A DNA stretch of 64,000 bases from positions 29,121-93,120 of IMG/VR virus record IMGVR_UViG_3300042147_000025, one strand, 5' to 3'. Source of the DNA: a virus. Under the pieces are notes generated by a model. That model made no database searches. It was not told the DNA's origin and saw only the letters and a program-made list of their open reading frames with translations. Positions 18,585 through 28,320 of the stretch are shown one piece after another. A program made the position numbers and the translations under genes. Position 1 is the stretch's first letter; each line of letters begins with the position of its first letter.

Positions 18585-18920
18585 TCAACTTTCTTCTGAC
18601 CACAAATAAAACAAATTGTAATATTGATCAATAGAATCAGGATACACCTTATAAGGTTCACTAATTATATCTGCTTTTTCTTCCATCCAGATAAAACCTG
18701 TCAACGGAAAAATAGCGTAGTCCAAGAACATTGGATAATTAGGAACTAAAGCTTCCCCTAAGATGATTGGATTACTATCAGCGTCATAGAGATTTACAAA
18801 ATATAACTTAGCTCTTTCATTGTAGACAAATTCAAAAATGTAAGAGTCGCCTTGAAAGGCAATGGTGTATGTATAATATGCACCACTGAACAAAGGCATT
18901 GCTATATATTTATCAGCCAT
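18585..18920 (-). CDS. baseplate/virion structural protein
   Basis: Synteny; F.YNER...Y...LYD...I..G..LV pattern. Confidence 0.7.
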   Translation of the reverse strand: MADKYIAMPLFSGAYYTYTIAFQGDSYIFEFVYNERAKLYFVNLYDADSNPIILGEALVPNYPMFLDYAIFPLTGFIWMEEKADIISEPYKVYPDSIDQYYNLFYLWSEES

Positions 18921-19698
18921 TTTCCCTTGCCTTTCTTAGTGGGTCTGTGTCTTTAGGGGAATCACCAGTACCTACATCTTGTGGTGTACTATCTTGCTTA
19001 CCTTTAGAGGCTTTACTTGAAGCTTTCTTTTTAAGAGAGTCTTGTACATCTTTTGGGATAGTGGTCTTCTTTAAGAAAGCAAAAGTCACCTGTTCAAAAG
19101 TAATATCACAATACAAACCATATCCAGTGTTTGGGTCTTCCTTAAAAGTAATCTTAGTCATTACAAGATTGTTGATTACTTTACGAAGCAGTGTGCTGTC
19201 ATACTCAAACAAACGAACAAGTTGAATGCTGGGATCAAAGTTACCAGTCTTATCGTTGAAGACAACACCAGCAGTAAGATCAATCAGAGCTTGTCTAATT
19301 TGTTCTAGAAGGTCAGCACGTCTGCTATCAACCACTACTTCCGGAGTACTATCAGATAGGAACTGGCCGATACTGTCTGGAATAAACTTCTTCAGGACAC
19401 TTTGGTCTGTAGAGTTCACACTGACAGCATTAGGGGCTTGATTACTGTTGTATGGAGAGTTACCATCCAAGTCTTGGATTAGGTAAGTTCCAGTGGAAAT
19501 GTCTACACCCGTAATTACAGCACCAATTGTAAAGATTGGATTCGCAGAAATATAGTGGTCAGTCACCAGTCCACCGGACGCAATTGGATGTTTTGTAACT
19601 TGCCCAGAATAATTTTGTGTATAAGAAGTTACCGCCGAGAGGTAAATAAAACCCCCGTCTTGGACTGATGAATCACCCCACTCTATCGCTAATGACAT
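18913..19698 (-). CDS. tail tube initiator / Dit-like protein
   Basis: VTKHPIASG..VTDH, ITFEQV; follows tape measure. Confidence 0.75.
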   Translation of the reverse strand: MSLAIEWGDSSVQDGGFIYLSAVTSYTQNYSGQVTKHPIASGGLVTDHYISANPIFTIGAVITGVDISTGTYLIQDLDGNSPYNSNQAPNAVSVNSTDQSVLKKFIPDSIGQFLSDSTPEVVVDSRRADLLEQIRQALIDLTAGVVFNDKTGNFDPSIQLVRLFEYDSTLLRKVINNLVMTKITFKEDPNTGYGLYCDITFEQVTFAFLKKTTIPKDVQDSLKKKASSKASKGKQDSTPQDVGTGDSPKDTDPLRKARENG

Positions 19699-20695
19699 AC
19701 TCAGTCCCTTTCATTAGACTACCATTAAATTTTTCATAAATTTCAACAATATCTTCTATGTTGTGTGGATAAGTAGTTTCACTATAGCCATCAGGCAACA
19801 ACTGCCTATCCACTACTCCGCAAGTTAATGTATTAATACACTCACGTTCTGCTGCCTTACAATCTGAAATATTCGGAAATTTATAAACTTTGTGTAATAC
19901 AACATCTAACCCAGAAACCCTTTGCTGCTGGGAAACACGGATTAAAGAATTATTAGAAATTCCAAACTTAATGGCAATGATGTTATCGTTATCTTTGATT
20001 AAGTTGATGTAGGCTTCTGTTTGTCTTTGCTTTGCACAACCACAAGACCTATTCCCCTTCATCAGAGTAGCAGAACGAGCCTCTACATTCTGAAGACAGT
20101 CAGGGCAAAACACTTTCCAGTATGGTCTATGACCTTTAAAATCTTCTGTAGTACTTCTTGCAAAAGTAGTTCCTTCAGAAAAAGATCCCGTTGCAAAGAA
20201 GTCTCTGACAAACTCTTCATCAGGTTTAGATGCTCTCTTACCTACTGCCTCAAAGCGGCAACCGGGACAACCAACATTTCTATTTATGAAATTATTGATA
20301 ATTCCACTTGACCAAATACCATGAGTTTTGCACTCAAGTGATAATTTAGTTTTTCTGTCTGTGAATTCACCAGCCCAGCCATGAAATACATATCCGAGTT
20401 CACCTGCTTTTCTTTGACAAACTATCTTATAATATCTTTCATCTCTTCGGGCAGAAACTGAACATCCACACGGTACTTGCCCCAGTATCAAACTAGACTT
20501 GATTGACCTAAACAGTCCATCTCCATATAATTCTGGGTCTTTTTCACAAATACTACACTTTACAACGTACATTTTGGATGTAGCGCTTTTACCAGACCAG
20601 CCAATAACTTCAAGTTGGTTTTCCTTGCCAAATCTGGTGCCAACAAATTCGTCAGTTTCAATTTTATCAAAATCACTGTAGTACAATTTAAACAC
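19673..20695 (-). CDS. Zn-ribbon plus GIY-YIG-like homing endonuclease (start may be TTG 20686)
   Basis: Cys repeats, AYINL..IKFGIS..RV, AERE, DGYSET; promoter TTGATT-17-TACAAT at 20716-20744. Confidence 0.7.
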   Translation of the reverse strand: MFKLYYSDFDKIETDEFVGTRFGKENQLEVIGWSGKSATSKMYVVKCSICEKDPELYGDGLFRSIKSSLILGQVPCGCSVSARRDERYYKIVCQRKAGELGYVFHGWAGEFTDRKTKLSLECKTHGIWSSGIINNFINRNVGCPGCRFEAVGKRASKPDEEFVRDFFATGSFSEGTTFARSTTEDFKGHRPYWKVFCPDCLQNVEARSATLMKGNRSCGCAKQRQTEAYINLIKDNDNIIAIKFGISNNSLIRVSQQQRVSGLDVVLHKVYKFPNISDCKAAERECINTLTCGVVDRQLLPDGYSETTYPHNIEDIVEIYEKFNGSLMKGTEYVISDRVG

Positions 20696-20744
20696 TCCTA
20701 AATTAAAGTCTGAATATTGTACTACAGCTTTCTGAAAGAATCAA

Positions 20745-22622
20745 CTATTGTTTTACAGGGAATTGGACATTCACTTGGTCAAAGGATTGAACAAACATAT
20801 TTGCTACAGCTTCACCAATAGCTTGAGCTTGTGCATTTGCATCCATGCCTTGGAGCGTTGAGCCATCCACATTCACAACGATGTCGATCTGATTACTGTT
20901 ACTCACAATACCCATTGCTTTATCTTCAGCAGCAGCTTTAGCCATGTCCGCTTGTTGTGAGTCATACCCAGCAGCATCTTGGTAATAGGGGGAGGTTGGG
21001 TCATCATAAACTGCACGACCTCTCTCACGAGCTTTGTTCATGTTAAAGCCGGTGTTGTTTATGATATCCCCAACAATGGCTGCTGGCGATGCATACTCTA
21101 GACCAAACAGATTAGCTTTTTCAGTGGAACTATTACTTGTCTCGGAAGTCGGAAGAGACCCGCTTTTCCACTTCTGGAACTCAGCAATAGCATTCATGAT
21201 AGAAGCAATTTCTCTTGCTGTAGCTTCTAGAGTTGGGAGGAAGTCAAACTTGATCGTGGAGATATCAGTGAAGATTTGTTTGATATCAGACCAGTCTTTC
21301 TTGAGTTGGTTGGTCTTGTCCACGCCTAACCAATCCGCCACAACACTATCTTTACCCTCAAGAGCACGAATAAAAGATTGCGGGAATAGGAGAAGGTCAT
21401 CAGCCCATTTTGTTGCTTCGTTAAACCCTTCTGCAAGCCTCTTAACTAGGTCTCCACTTTCATTCAAGCCTGCCGCGAGGGTACGGAAAATACGAGCAAA
21501 ACCCTCTTCTACGCCTGCGTTTGATGCCAATACGGCCATGTCATTTACAGAGTTTTGATAACGAGCTTGCTCAGCTTGGGATGCTTGGGATGCTGTACCT
21601 AGAGCCCCGCCCTGATTAGCTCGTTGAGAAGCAGCAGCGCCTGCATAAGTGAGGATATCACTGGTTACTTTGCCTTTCTTCATATCAGCCAAAAGCTGTT
21701 GAATGGCTTCAGCACCAGTCTTATTACCGCCAATCTTTGCTTGATATGCTTGAGCAAACAGTGCCGTACCACCCGGCAATGCCTCTGCAATTTGCCCAGT
21801 AAGTTCCTCAGACATCAACTTACCCTTACCCGCAACTTGAGACAATGCTCTGAACAAACGGTTCTGAGTAGTTTTATCGAGTTTGTTGACGCGGGCCAGT
21901 TCAGCAAATCCACTAAAAACCTTCTGGCTTTGTTTTAAGCCAATACCCGATCCAGTAAGACCTGATATTAGTTTATTATAGTCGCCAGATGCCTCAAGGA
22001 AATTGAACCCCACACGGTTCGCTTCAGACCTCAAATATTGGAAAGAATCTGAGCCTTGTTGTGCTGTTCCCCCGGCTTGCTGTACAACCGCTGACGTTTG
22101 CAACTGGGCAGAGACGACTTCTTGGTTACGCCTATTTAATGCCCCGAGACCATAGCCCCCTAAACCCAGTGCAAGTGCGGGACCAAGTAGACTGGGCATA
22201 CCTCGGGAACGTCCAAGGCCAGCGGCAGCTCCTGTAACAACAGCCTCACCTGTCCTCCCTCTGGGGGTAACAACAGTAGGTGTATGTCCCGGAACAACTT
22301 GAGGAACAATCCTCATAGGGTGAGACATACCTGCACGGGCCATCGCAACAGCAACAGTTTGATTTAAGGCAGCTTGATTGACATTGAACTTATTAATATC
22401 AAAGACAGTACGATTGCTCGCCATATCTAAGGCGTTACCAAGGACTCTCTCAAGCTTTCGTTGGTCAACCGTAAAGTTACCAATGCCAAAATTTAAGGAG
22501 TTACCAAAACCTTTAAATTTATTTAGCTTCTTCTCAAGAGTAGCTAATGCTTTGTCAACCTTTTTTAAACCTCTTGTGTCAACATCAAAACCGATACTGG
22601 CGAAGTACTTGGCGATCTGCAA
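20745..22622 (-). CDS. tape measure protein
   Basis: ALSQVAGKGKLMSEELTGQIAE tape-measure domain; helical and Ala/Gly/Gln-rich; follows chaperones. Confidence 0.9.
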   Translation of the reverse strand: MQIAKYFASIGFDVDTRGLKKVDKALATLEKKLNKFKGFGNSLNFGIGNFTVDQRKLERVLGNALDMASNRTVFDINKFNVNQAALNQTVAVAMARAGMSHPMRIVPQVVPGHTPTVVTPRGRTGEAVVTGAAAGLGRSRGMPSLLGPALALGLGGYGLGALNRRNQEVVSAQLQTSAVVQQAGGTAQQGSDSFQYLRSEANRVGFNFLEASGDYNKLISGLTGSGIGLKQSQKVFSGFAELARVNKLDKTTQNRLFRALSQVAGKGKLMSEELTGQIAEALPGGTALFAQAYQAKIGGNKTGAEAIQQLLADMKKGKVTSDILTYAGAAASQRANQGGALGTASQASQAEQARYQNSVNDMAVLASNAGVEEGFARIFRTLAAGLNESGDLVKRLAEGFNEATKWADDLLLFPQSFIRALEGKDSVVADWLGVDKTNQLKKDWSDIKQIFTDISTIKFDFLPTLEATAREIASIMNAIAEFQKWKSGSLPTSETSNSSTEKANLFGLEYASPAAIVGDIINNTGFNMNKARERGRAVYDDPTSPYYQDAAGYDSQQADMAKAAAEDKAMGIVSNSNQIDIVVNVDGSTLQGMDANAQAQAIGEAVANMFVQSFDQVNVQFPVKQ

Positions 22623-22636
22623 TGTTTATTACTCCG

Positions 22637-22914
22637 TCATTTCGGTTTATTTTTATCAGCTTTAGCTTTATCAAATGCTTGCTTACTTAAAGCATCGTAC
22701 ACATCAAGGAATTCAAGGAGCTTCAGCATTTGTCGTGTAGAGTATTTCCACTCCATTTCAGCAGCCAATTCAAGACCACCTTTCTCATGCATGGCGATCC
22801 TATAGATACTCCAGTGCTGAGAGAAAGTTTTATCAATTTCTTTTTCTAGCTGTGTAGCCAATCTTCCCGACTCAGACTTTTCAGTTACTCTTCTGAATCG
22901 GGTGCCTGAAAAAG
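22637..22914 (-). CDS. tail assembly chaperone GT extension (-1 frameshift)
   Basis: The -1 frame is open from CTTTTTC (22908-22914) to the stop at 22637. Confidence 0.7.
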
Positions 22915-23205
22915 CTCTTCGAAGTTAAAATTCAGCACCTCTTTATAGAGTTTATTGAGGTGTGCATACTTGCGAGAAAAGGATACATCAAAAGACTTTT
23001 CAGTGATCTGCATGTTCTCCTTGGAAACATAGTTACAAATGATTTGTTTCATTTGACTAAGATCCGCCTTACCTTCATCAATAGCTGCCTGATGCTTTTC
23101 AATAAACATCAAACCTTTAGTTGCAGGCATTGCGGTTACAAGGTAATCAATATCATCAACTGTAATAGTTGTTTGTTCAAGTACTTCAAATTTTGGAGCT
23201 GCCAT
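22885..23205 (-). CDS. tail assembly chaperone G
   Basis: Position between tube and tape measure genes; acidic end EELFQAPDSEE. Confidence 0.8.
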   Translation of the reverse strand: MAAPKFEVLEQTTITVDDIDYLVTAMPATKGLMFIEKHQAAIDEGKADLSQMKQIICNYVSKENMQITEKSFDVSFSRKYAHLNKLYKEVLNFNFEELFQAPDSEE

Positions 23206-23229
23206 TTATTTTATCTCAGAAAATACAAA

Positions 23230-23727
23230 TTAAAAAATGTTATCAAAGAAGTTACCAGCTTCGCTGAGTGCTCTATCAAAGATGTCAGTTGCAGGCTTAG
23301 CGTTACCAGACACAACATAGGTGCTCGTGGACTGCAAGAAGAATTCCCAATTACGATACTCAAACTGCCCGGAATACGTAGATGTAGGGTACCCAGTAAT
23401 ATACGCCTCATTGGATGAGAACACACTACGACCTGAGTTATCCTTCAACATTAATTCAATTCGTCCAGTGCCTTCAGTTAAATCAAGTTCATGGATATAC
23501 GAAAGTACATCGTTTCCCTGAGAGGTTTGGAGGAGAGAGATGGTGATAGTGGCAGAGGTATCGACATTAGGGACTCGTGTGTTCTTACCACGAATACCGC
23601 GAATAACAGTAAACCCTTTCACTGTTCTGCTAATGCTGATACTCTGCCAGCCAGTTAGTTGATAACCACCAACAGTTAAGATTACGTCACTAGGGCTGTA
23701 TGTATTCACAGTAAAGGAATTAGCCAT
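23230..23727 (-). CDS. tail tube-like protein (paralog 3)
   Basis: TYSPSDV, ITISLLQTS, KDNSG, R.W motifs. Confidence 0.75.
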   Translation of the reverse strand: MANSFTVNTYSPSDVILTVGGYQLTGWQSISISRTVKGFTVIRGIRGKNTRVPNVDTSATITISLLQTSQGNDVLSYIHELDLTEGTGRIELMLKDNSGRSVFSSNEAYITGYPTSTYSGQFEYRNWEFFLQSTSTYVVSGNAKPATDIFDRALSEAGNFFDNIF

Positions 23728-24224
23728 TACAGCACTCCTTCTGCAATTGAGGACGAACCGGATGCAAGATTAATCAAATCTTGGAGAATACCACTAGCAT
23801 CTTGGTTGCTACCGACGTTGATAACCGCTTGTGAAGAGCGAAGTATCCAAGTACGACTATCAAAGCTAGTACTTTGTACCATACTTGGAATCCCTTCAAT
23901 CCATGTGTTGGTTGAAAAGAACAAGTCTGTACCAGATAAATCTTTTATAAACAGCGGGAATTTCCCCATTTGTGTGAACTCATCTAACTGCCACAACTTA
24001 GTAAGGATATCATTAGATGTAGAGCCACGGTGGAACGTTAGCGAAATAGTGTATGTCTGACTATTCGTATACAGTCTAGAAATAGATCCGTCTGCTGTTT
24101 CTGTTGTACCGAACGGAACCTTGTCTTTGGTGATGCTGATAAATGTTCCGTCAGCAAATCCGCCGAGCGGAATACCAAAAGCCAAACAGTTCACATCATC
24201 TGGTAGGTAATTCGCAATTGTCAT
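23727..24224 (-). CDS. tail tube-like protein (paralog 2)
   Basis: NYLPDDV, GFADGTFI, KDLSG, RTW. Confidence 0.75.
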   Translation of the reverse strand: MTIANYLPDDVNCLAFGIPLGGFADGTFISITKDKVPFGTTETADGSISRLYTNSQTYTISLTFHRGSTSNDILTKLWQLDEFTQMGKFPLFIKDLSGTDLFFSTNTWIEGIPSMVQSTSFDSRTWILRSSQAVINVGSNQDASGILQDLINLASGSSSIAEGVL

Positions 24225-24278
24225 GTAATCTCCTTAAATTATAGGGGCTTAGATCTTAGTCGTCACCCCTAATTCCAA

Positions 24279-24809
24279 TTAAGGACTAACCTTCCACCGC
24301 TCATCAACAGTGCCACCAAGTGCTTCCATTGCAGCAACTTCTGATGGAGCAAGAGGTGTGTTACCACCAATAAAGATGTCACTACCAAACAGGTAGATGC
24401 CCCAATCACGAGTACCGAACTCAGAGCCAAAAGAGGCATTAGCTGGTGCTACAATTACTGCACTATTACTGGAGGCTACTGTTTGACCACTCATGTCCTT
24501 CATGGTGCAGTTGAACACATAACGGTTGTCCGGTACATTAGCATCAGCGATTTGAAGTTGTTGGAACAACGAGTTAGACGGCGAGCCTTGGTGTAGAGTG
24601 ATAGTTACGTTCATCGCAGTTACACGACGCTTAACCCTCGCAAAACTGTTGTCGCCAACACCCTGATAAGGCGTGGAACTTGGAGTAATCCGATCCATGC
24701 TGACAAACGTACCATCAGCAAAACCTGTTACTCGGTGTACGAAATCTCCTTTCGACAAAATGATAGTAAAATCATCCGGAAGGTAGTTCGCAATAAAATT
24801 GTCACTCAT
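24279..24809 (-). CDS. tail tube protein (DUF3277-like)
   Basis: NYLPDDF, GFADGTFV, LHQGSPSN, KDMSG, RDW; first structural gene after the sheath. Confidence 0.8.
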   Translation of the reverse strand: MSDNFIANYLPDDFTIILSKGDFVHRVTGFADGTFVSMDRITPSSTPYQGVGDNSFARVKRRVTAMNVTITLHQGSPSNSLFQQLQIADANVPDNRYVFNCTMKDMSGQTVASSNSAVIVAPANASFGSEFGTRDWGIYLFGSDIFIGGNTPLAPSEVAAMEALGGTVDERWKVSP

Positions 24810-25507
24810 AAATTAATTGCCTCTGTATTAATGTGGGAATCTTCCCTAATTGTTTTATTTGGGCGATCCCCATAGACTTGTTCAGAAACATCGTCATATG
24901 CAAAAGCCGCTTCTAATTCTGTTTTAAAAGATTTTCTTAATTTACAAGTTCCGTCTACAAATAACTTTGCCCTGAAGTTACCGTGATGCATACTTACACC
25001 AATACTTTCACAAGCGCTGTCTTTTCGTTTTCGTCTGTTATGGCAATTAACAGATCTTGTCACCCAACTGCAGTTTTCTTTGGTGTAGTTACCGTTAGTA
25101 TCTTTTCGGTCTAGTTCCAAACCTTCTACATAGTGCTCTGACATATCATTGTAAAATGATTCAAAGTCAACCCAAGAAGGTTGGTAACTAATACCCCGAC
25201 CACCGTAGTCTTCAAACTTATAGGCTTTTGGGTTATCGCATCGGACCTTCATACCAGCCCAAACTCCATATAGTGGACTAGAGCTTAATCCATGAGTTAT
25301 GAACTGTGAACCGTCCTTTGCACACCCACATGTGATTACTTTACCAGAAACCAAGTCTACTAGATTTACAGGTTTAATAGGGGAACCACACTCACATTGA
25401 ACATTCACAAATCTACGACGCCTTTTAGAGACAGGCTTCATATAAGTTTCAGAAACAGTGACTAGAGACGAGAATTTGCTGCCAATTGGTAAATCTTTGT
25501 TTTTCAT
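24806..25507 (-). CDS. HNH/AP2 homing endonuclease
   Basis: CECG, WAGMKVRC, YGGRGI, LDRKDTNGNYTKENCSW, AP2-like tail; promoter TTTACA-17-TATGAT at 25534-25562. Confidence 0.88.
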   Translation of the reverse strand: MKNKDLPIGSKFSSLVTVSETYMKPVSKRRRRFVNVQCECGSPIKPVNLVDLVSGKVITCGCAKDGSQFITHGLSSSPLYGVWAGMKVRCDNPKAYKFEDYGGRGISYQPSWVDFESFYNDMSEHYVEGLELDRKDTNGNYTKENCSWVTRSVNCHNRRKRKDSACESIGVSMHHGNFRAKLFVDGTCKLRKSFKTELEAAFAYDDVSEQVYGDRPNKTIREDSHINTEAINL

Positions 25508-25565
25508 AGAACCTCCCAAATAAAATGATTTTTATCATATCACTCAAAAGGTTCTATGTAAAGCT

Positions 25566-26849
25566 CTATACAGAAAGGTAGAAATTGATGTCTACCGAGC
25601 GAATCGAGCCTTGCAAACGGGCGCGGATAACGAACACACCAGCAGCACGTTGAGCACGAAGAGTTGCGGGAATACTCAAAACTGGTGGGGTAGAAATTGT
25701 CCATCCAGAGTCAATCAGACCATTACTCTCAGCAAGAGAACAAACAGCACGGATCTCATTTTCTACAATCAAAAGGCCCGGATCAGTCATTGGGATTTTA
25801 AGGCTGTTGATGATTCGGAAGTAGATCCCTTCCTGCAATCTTGCCTTTAACCAGTCCTTGCCAATCTGGACATCGATTGGTTTTGTATCAAACATGTTAC
25901 CGTCTTGGAAAATGTCAACACCACCTTTACGGCGGTAAAAGTTCCACGATTTAGCACGCAAATTGACAACTTGAGTAGAGCTAAGGATGCTGCGAGTAAC
26001 ACCGTTTGCACGCTTGAAATCCCAGTCATTAGCACCCGGAGTCACAGCCAACTGACTACCAATCCATGCAGCTTCCGGATATTCAGTCGCGGCGGTGCCG
26101 GAGTAAACACCAAAAGTACGACTTGCAGACTTAGCATTAAGTTTATAACCAATATCAGTAATACCAGTCGTTGGTGCTACAGTATCAGCCGAGGACAGAC
26201 CATAAATCTTATCCATTGCTTGGATTGTATCAGACAGAGCTTCTTGTTCAGCAACTACCTGTGTTTCAGCAGTGAGTGCATACCAGACGTCATTGTCTGC
26301 ATCAACTGCAAGAAGTGCATCAGGCCAAGTTTCGGTGGCAGTGTTTACACCAACAAGGTTGGTAGAAGTTGTAACACTCCAAGCAGTACCGAGTACAGTG
26401 GTTGTAAGAATTAGTGTGGTTGTACCAGTGACAGTAATGCCGGTAGGAGAACCGATAGCAGCTTTCAAACCAGTTACAATACTGGTTGCAGTCGCACCGA
26501 CACCAGAGGTAAAGGTATAAACCACATCATTAAGTGTTACAGTGTATGCAGTGCTGTCCGCTACAGTAGGTGTGAAAGTAACACTATCTACTTGCCGACG
26601 GCCAATAATGACAGAAGGGGGGATAGCCCCAATTACACCCGACTGACCAAACAGCTTACTAGCCATAACATAAGCTTTATCTGTGGTGGCAAAGTCTGCA
26701 CCAACCTCAGTAATGCTAGCGTATGAGCGTGCTCTGTCAGCAAAGTTAGTAAATGTAGCAAGCACCAATGGGATTGCGAAGGAAGCAGTAGCGATAGCAG
26801 TAGTTTGGTCAGTTATGACCACATTTACCACGTCGTTAAGATCGCTCAT
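25566..26849 (-). CDS. tail sheath protein (DUF3383-like)
   Basis: DVVNVVI, YPEAAW, IDVQIGKDWL, KIPMTD, GSIRSVDI. Confidence 0.9.
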   Translation of the reverse strand: MSDLNDVVNVVITDQTTAIATASFAIPLVLATFTNFADRARSYASITEVGADFATTDKAYVMASKLFGQSGVIGAIPPSVIIGRRQVDSVTFTPTVADSTAYTVTLNDVVYTFTSGVGATATSIVTGLKAAIGSPTGITVTGTTTLILTTTVLGTAWSVTTSTNLVGVNTATETWPDALLAVDADNDVWYALTAETQVVAEQEALSDTIQAMDKIYGLSSADTVAPTTGITDIGYKLNAKSASRTFGVYSGTAATEYPEAAWIGSQLAVTPGANDWDFKRANGVTRSILSSTQVVNLRAKSWNFYRRKGGVDIFQDGNMFDTKPIDVQIGKDWLKARLQEGIYFRIINSLKIPMTDPGLLIVENEIRAVCSLAESNGLIDSGWTISTPPVLSIPATLRAQRAAGVFVIRARLQGSIRSVDINFYLSV

Positions 26850-26896
26850 ATTTGTTATGATCCTTTATTATGTAGCCATCGCTACGGATTTATTTA

Positions 26897-27454
26897 TCAT
26901 GGGTAAATGATACTTTCTGGAATCTTTATGATTACAGGAATTTCTGATGTTTCATCCGCAAGGACAACACCTTCTACAACATCTACAAGTTGATTTGTGT
27001 TTACAGTATAATTAAATGTCACATCCATGTTGTGGTACTCAACCCACTTAGTATCTCTCTTCTGTGGGGCTCTGCGGATCTGACTCTTACGCATAAGGCC
27101 CAGCTTATTCTTTTTCAATTCTTCAAGAGCTACTGGGTTGTTATTAATTCTTTGGGTAAAGCTTTGAGCCATATCACCACTTAAGCTACCAATAAAACTG
27201 AACTGAACAAAGATTTCATATTGAGCTTGTACAGAAAGTTCATCATCTTCATTTACTAAAGTAGATGTTATATGATGACCACTTTGAGCAATACTGAGGA
27301 TATTGATTGCAACATAACTTTCAGCAGGTTCAGCACCGTTGCTGTTAGAAAAGATAATTCCTTTATCTTGTGCAATGGTGTTGGGGAAGAATTCCAACAA
27401 TGTAGAGATAGAAGCTTTGCGCAATGCCTTTCGGACATCAGAGTATACAGCCAT
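26897..27454 (-). CDS. tail terminator / neck protein
   Basis: Synteny directly upstream of the sheath. Confidence 0.7.
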   Translation of the reverse strand: MAVYSDVRKALRKASISTLLEFFPNTIAQDKGIIFSNSNGAEPAESYVAINILSIAQSGHHITSTLVNEDDELSVQAQYEIFVQFSFIGSLSGDMAQSFTQRINNNPVALEELKKNKLGLMRKSQIRRAPQKRDTKWVEYHNMDVTFNYTVNTNQLVDVVEGVVLADETSEIPVIIKIPESIIYP

Positions 27455-27463
27455 GTGATGTCC

Positions 27464-27838
27464 TCAGTTTGGTGTCAATTCAATACGAGCAGCTTGAATT
27501 TTTACGTGCTCCAAGATTCCCATTCCATTGGTCCAATCATCCACCTTCATAATCTTATAACGATCATTTTTCCAAATGAATTCGTCAGCGGACCAACCTG
27601 AATTTCCTTCTTTAAGAGTTCTGGCGTAATCGGCAGAGTAGAACTTAACCCAGCCTCTTGTCCTATCAGCTTCAGGAAGCATCATAATTTCATAAGGTTT
27701 TAGTGGTTGGATATTCACCATTAGTGGAACTTCTATGACACTACCTTCAACCCAATCCCCATCTACAAAAGAACCAGATGTTTGTCTGTAAATTGTAAGT
27801 GGTATTTTATGTGTAAGTAGAAACTGAGGTTTCAACAT
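27464..27838 (-). CDS. head closure / head-tail joining protein
   Basis: G.FVDGDW, NIQP, LPEADR, AD.F.W...RY. Confidence 0.75.
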   Translation of the reverse strand: MLKPQFLLTHKIPLTIYRQTSGSFVDGDWVEGSVIEVPLMVNIQPLKPYEIMMLPEADRTRGWVKFYSADYARTLKEGNSGWSADEFIWKNDRYKIMKVDDWTNGMGILEHVKIQAARIELTPN

Positions 27839-28320
27839 TAATCACTACCTCTGTTAGCTACTTTAAAATCAACGGAGTCATACAAAAGACCACTGTCAAT
27901 AAGTGGGTTATCAAACCCTTTAAGCTCAACAGTAAGTGGGGCATTTCGTGGAGTATCCCAGTCAGCAACAGCCTTCTTTAAGTCAGCCTGAGCTTTAGCA
28001 CCAATCTTTGTATACTCTTGTTTGAACGTACTTTTCCCCTCAGCAATCCTTTGCATACTCTCGGAAAATAGATTGTCGTATGATCCCTTTTTAATTGGGG
28101 CCATAAAACCAACACGAATAGCTGGGCGAGTGGGGATATTTTGAGCTGGTACACCTTCCTCCTGCCAGCTCCAGACGGTCGCAACAGATAAATTATCGTT
28201 ATCTGGTCCGTAGTAAATTGGCTCTACAATTCCGACCTGAACTTCTAATTGACTACCTCTAAGAAGATCCCTCTTCATTTTGTTCCAGCCAGATTTATCA
28301 ATAGTGAGCTTAAAAGACAT
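27838..28320 (-). CDS. neck / tail completion protein
   Basis: NIPTRP, NAPLTVELKGFDNPLIDSG. Confidence 0.8.
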   Translation of the reverse strand: MSFKLTIDKSGWNKMKRDLLRGSQLEVQVGIVEPIYYGPDNDNLSVATVWSWQEEGVPAQNIPTRPAIRVGFMAPIKKGSYDNLFSESMQRIAEGKSTFKQEYTKIGAKAQADLKKAVADWDTPRNAPLTVELKGFDNPLIDSGLLYDSVDFKVANRGSD

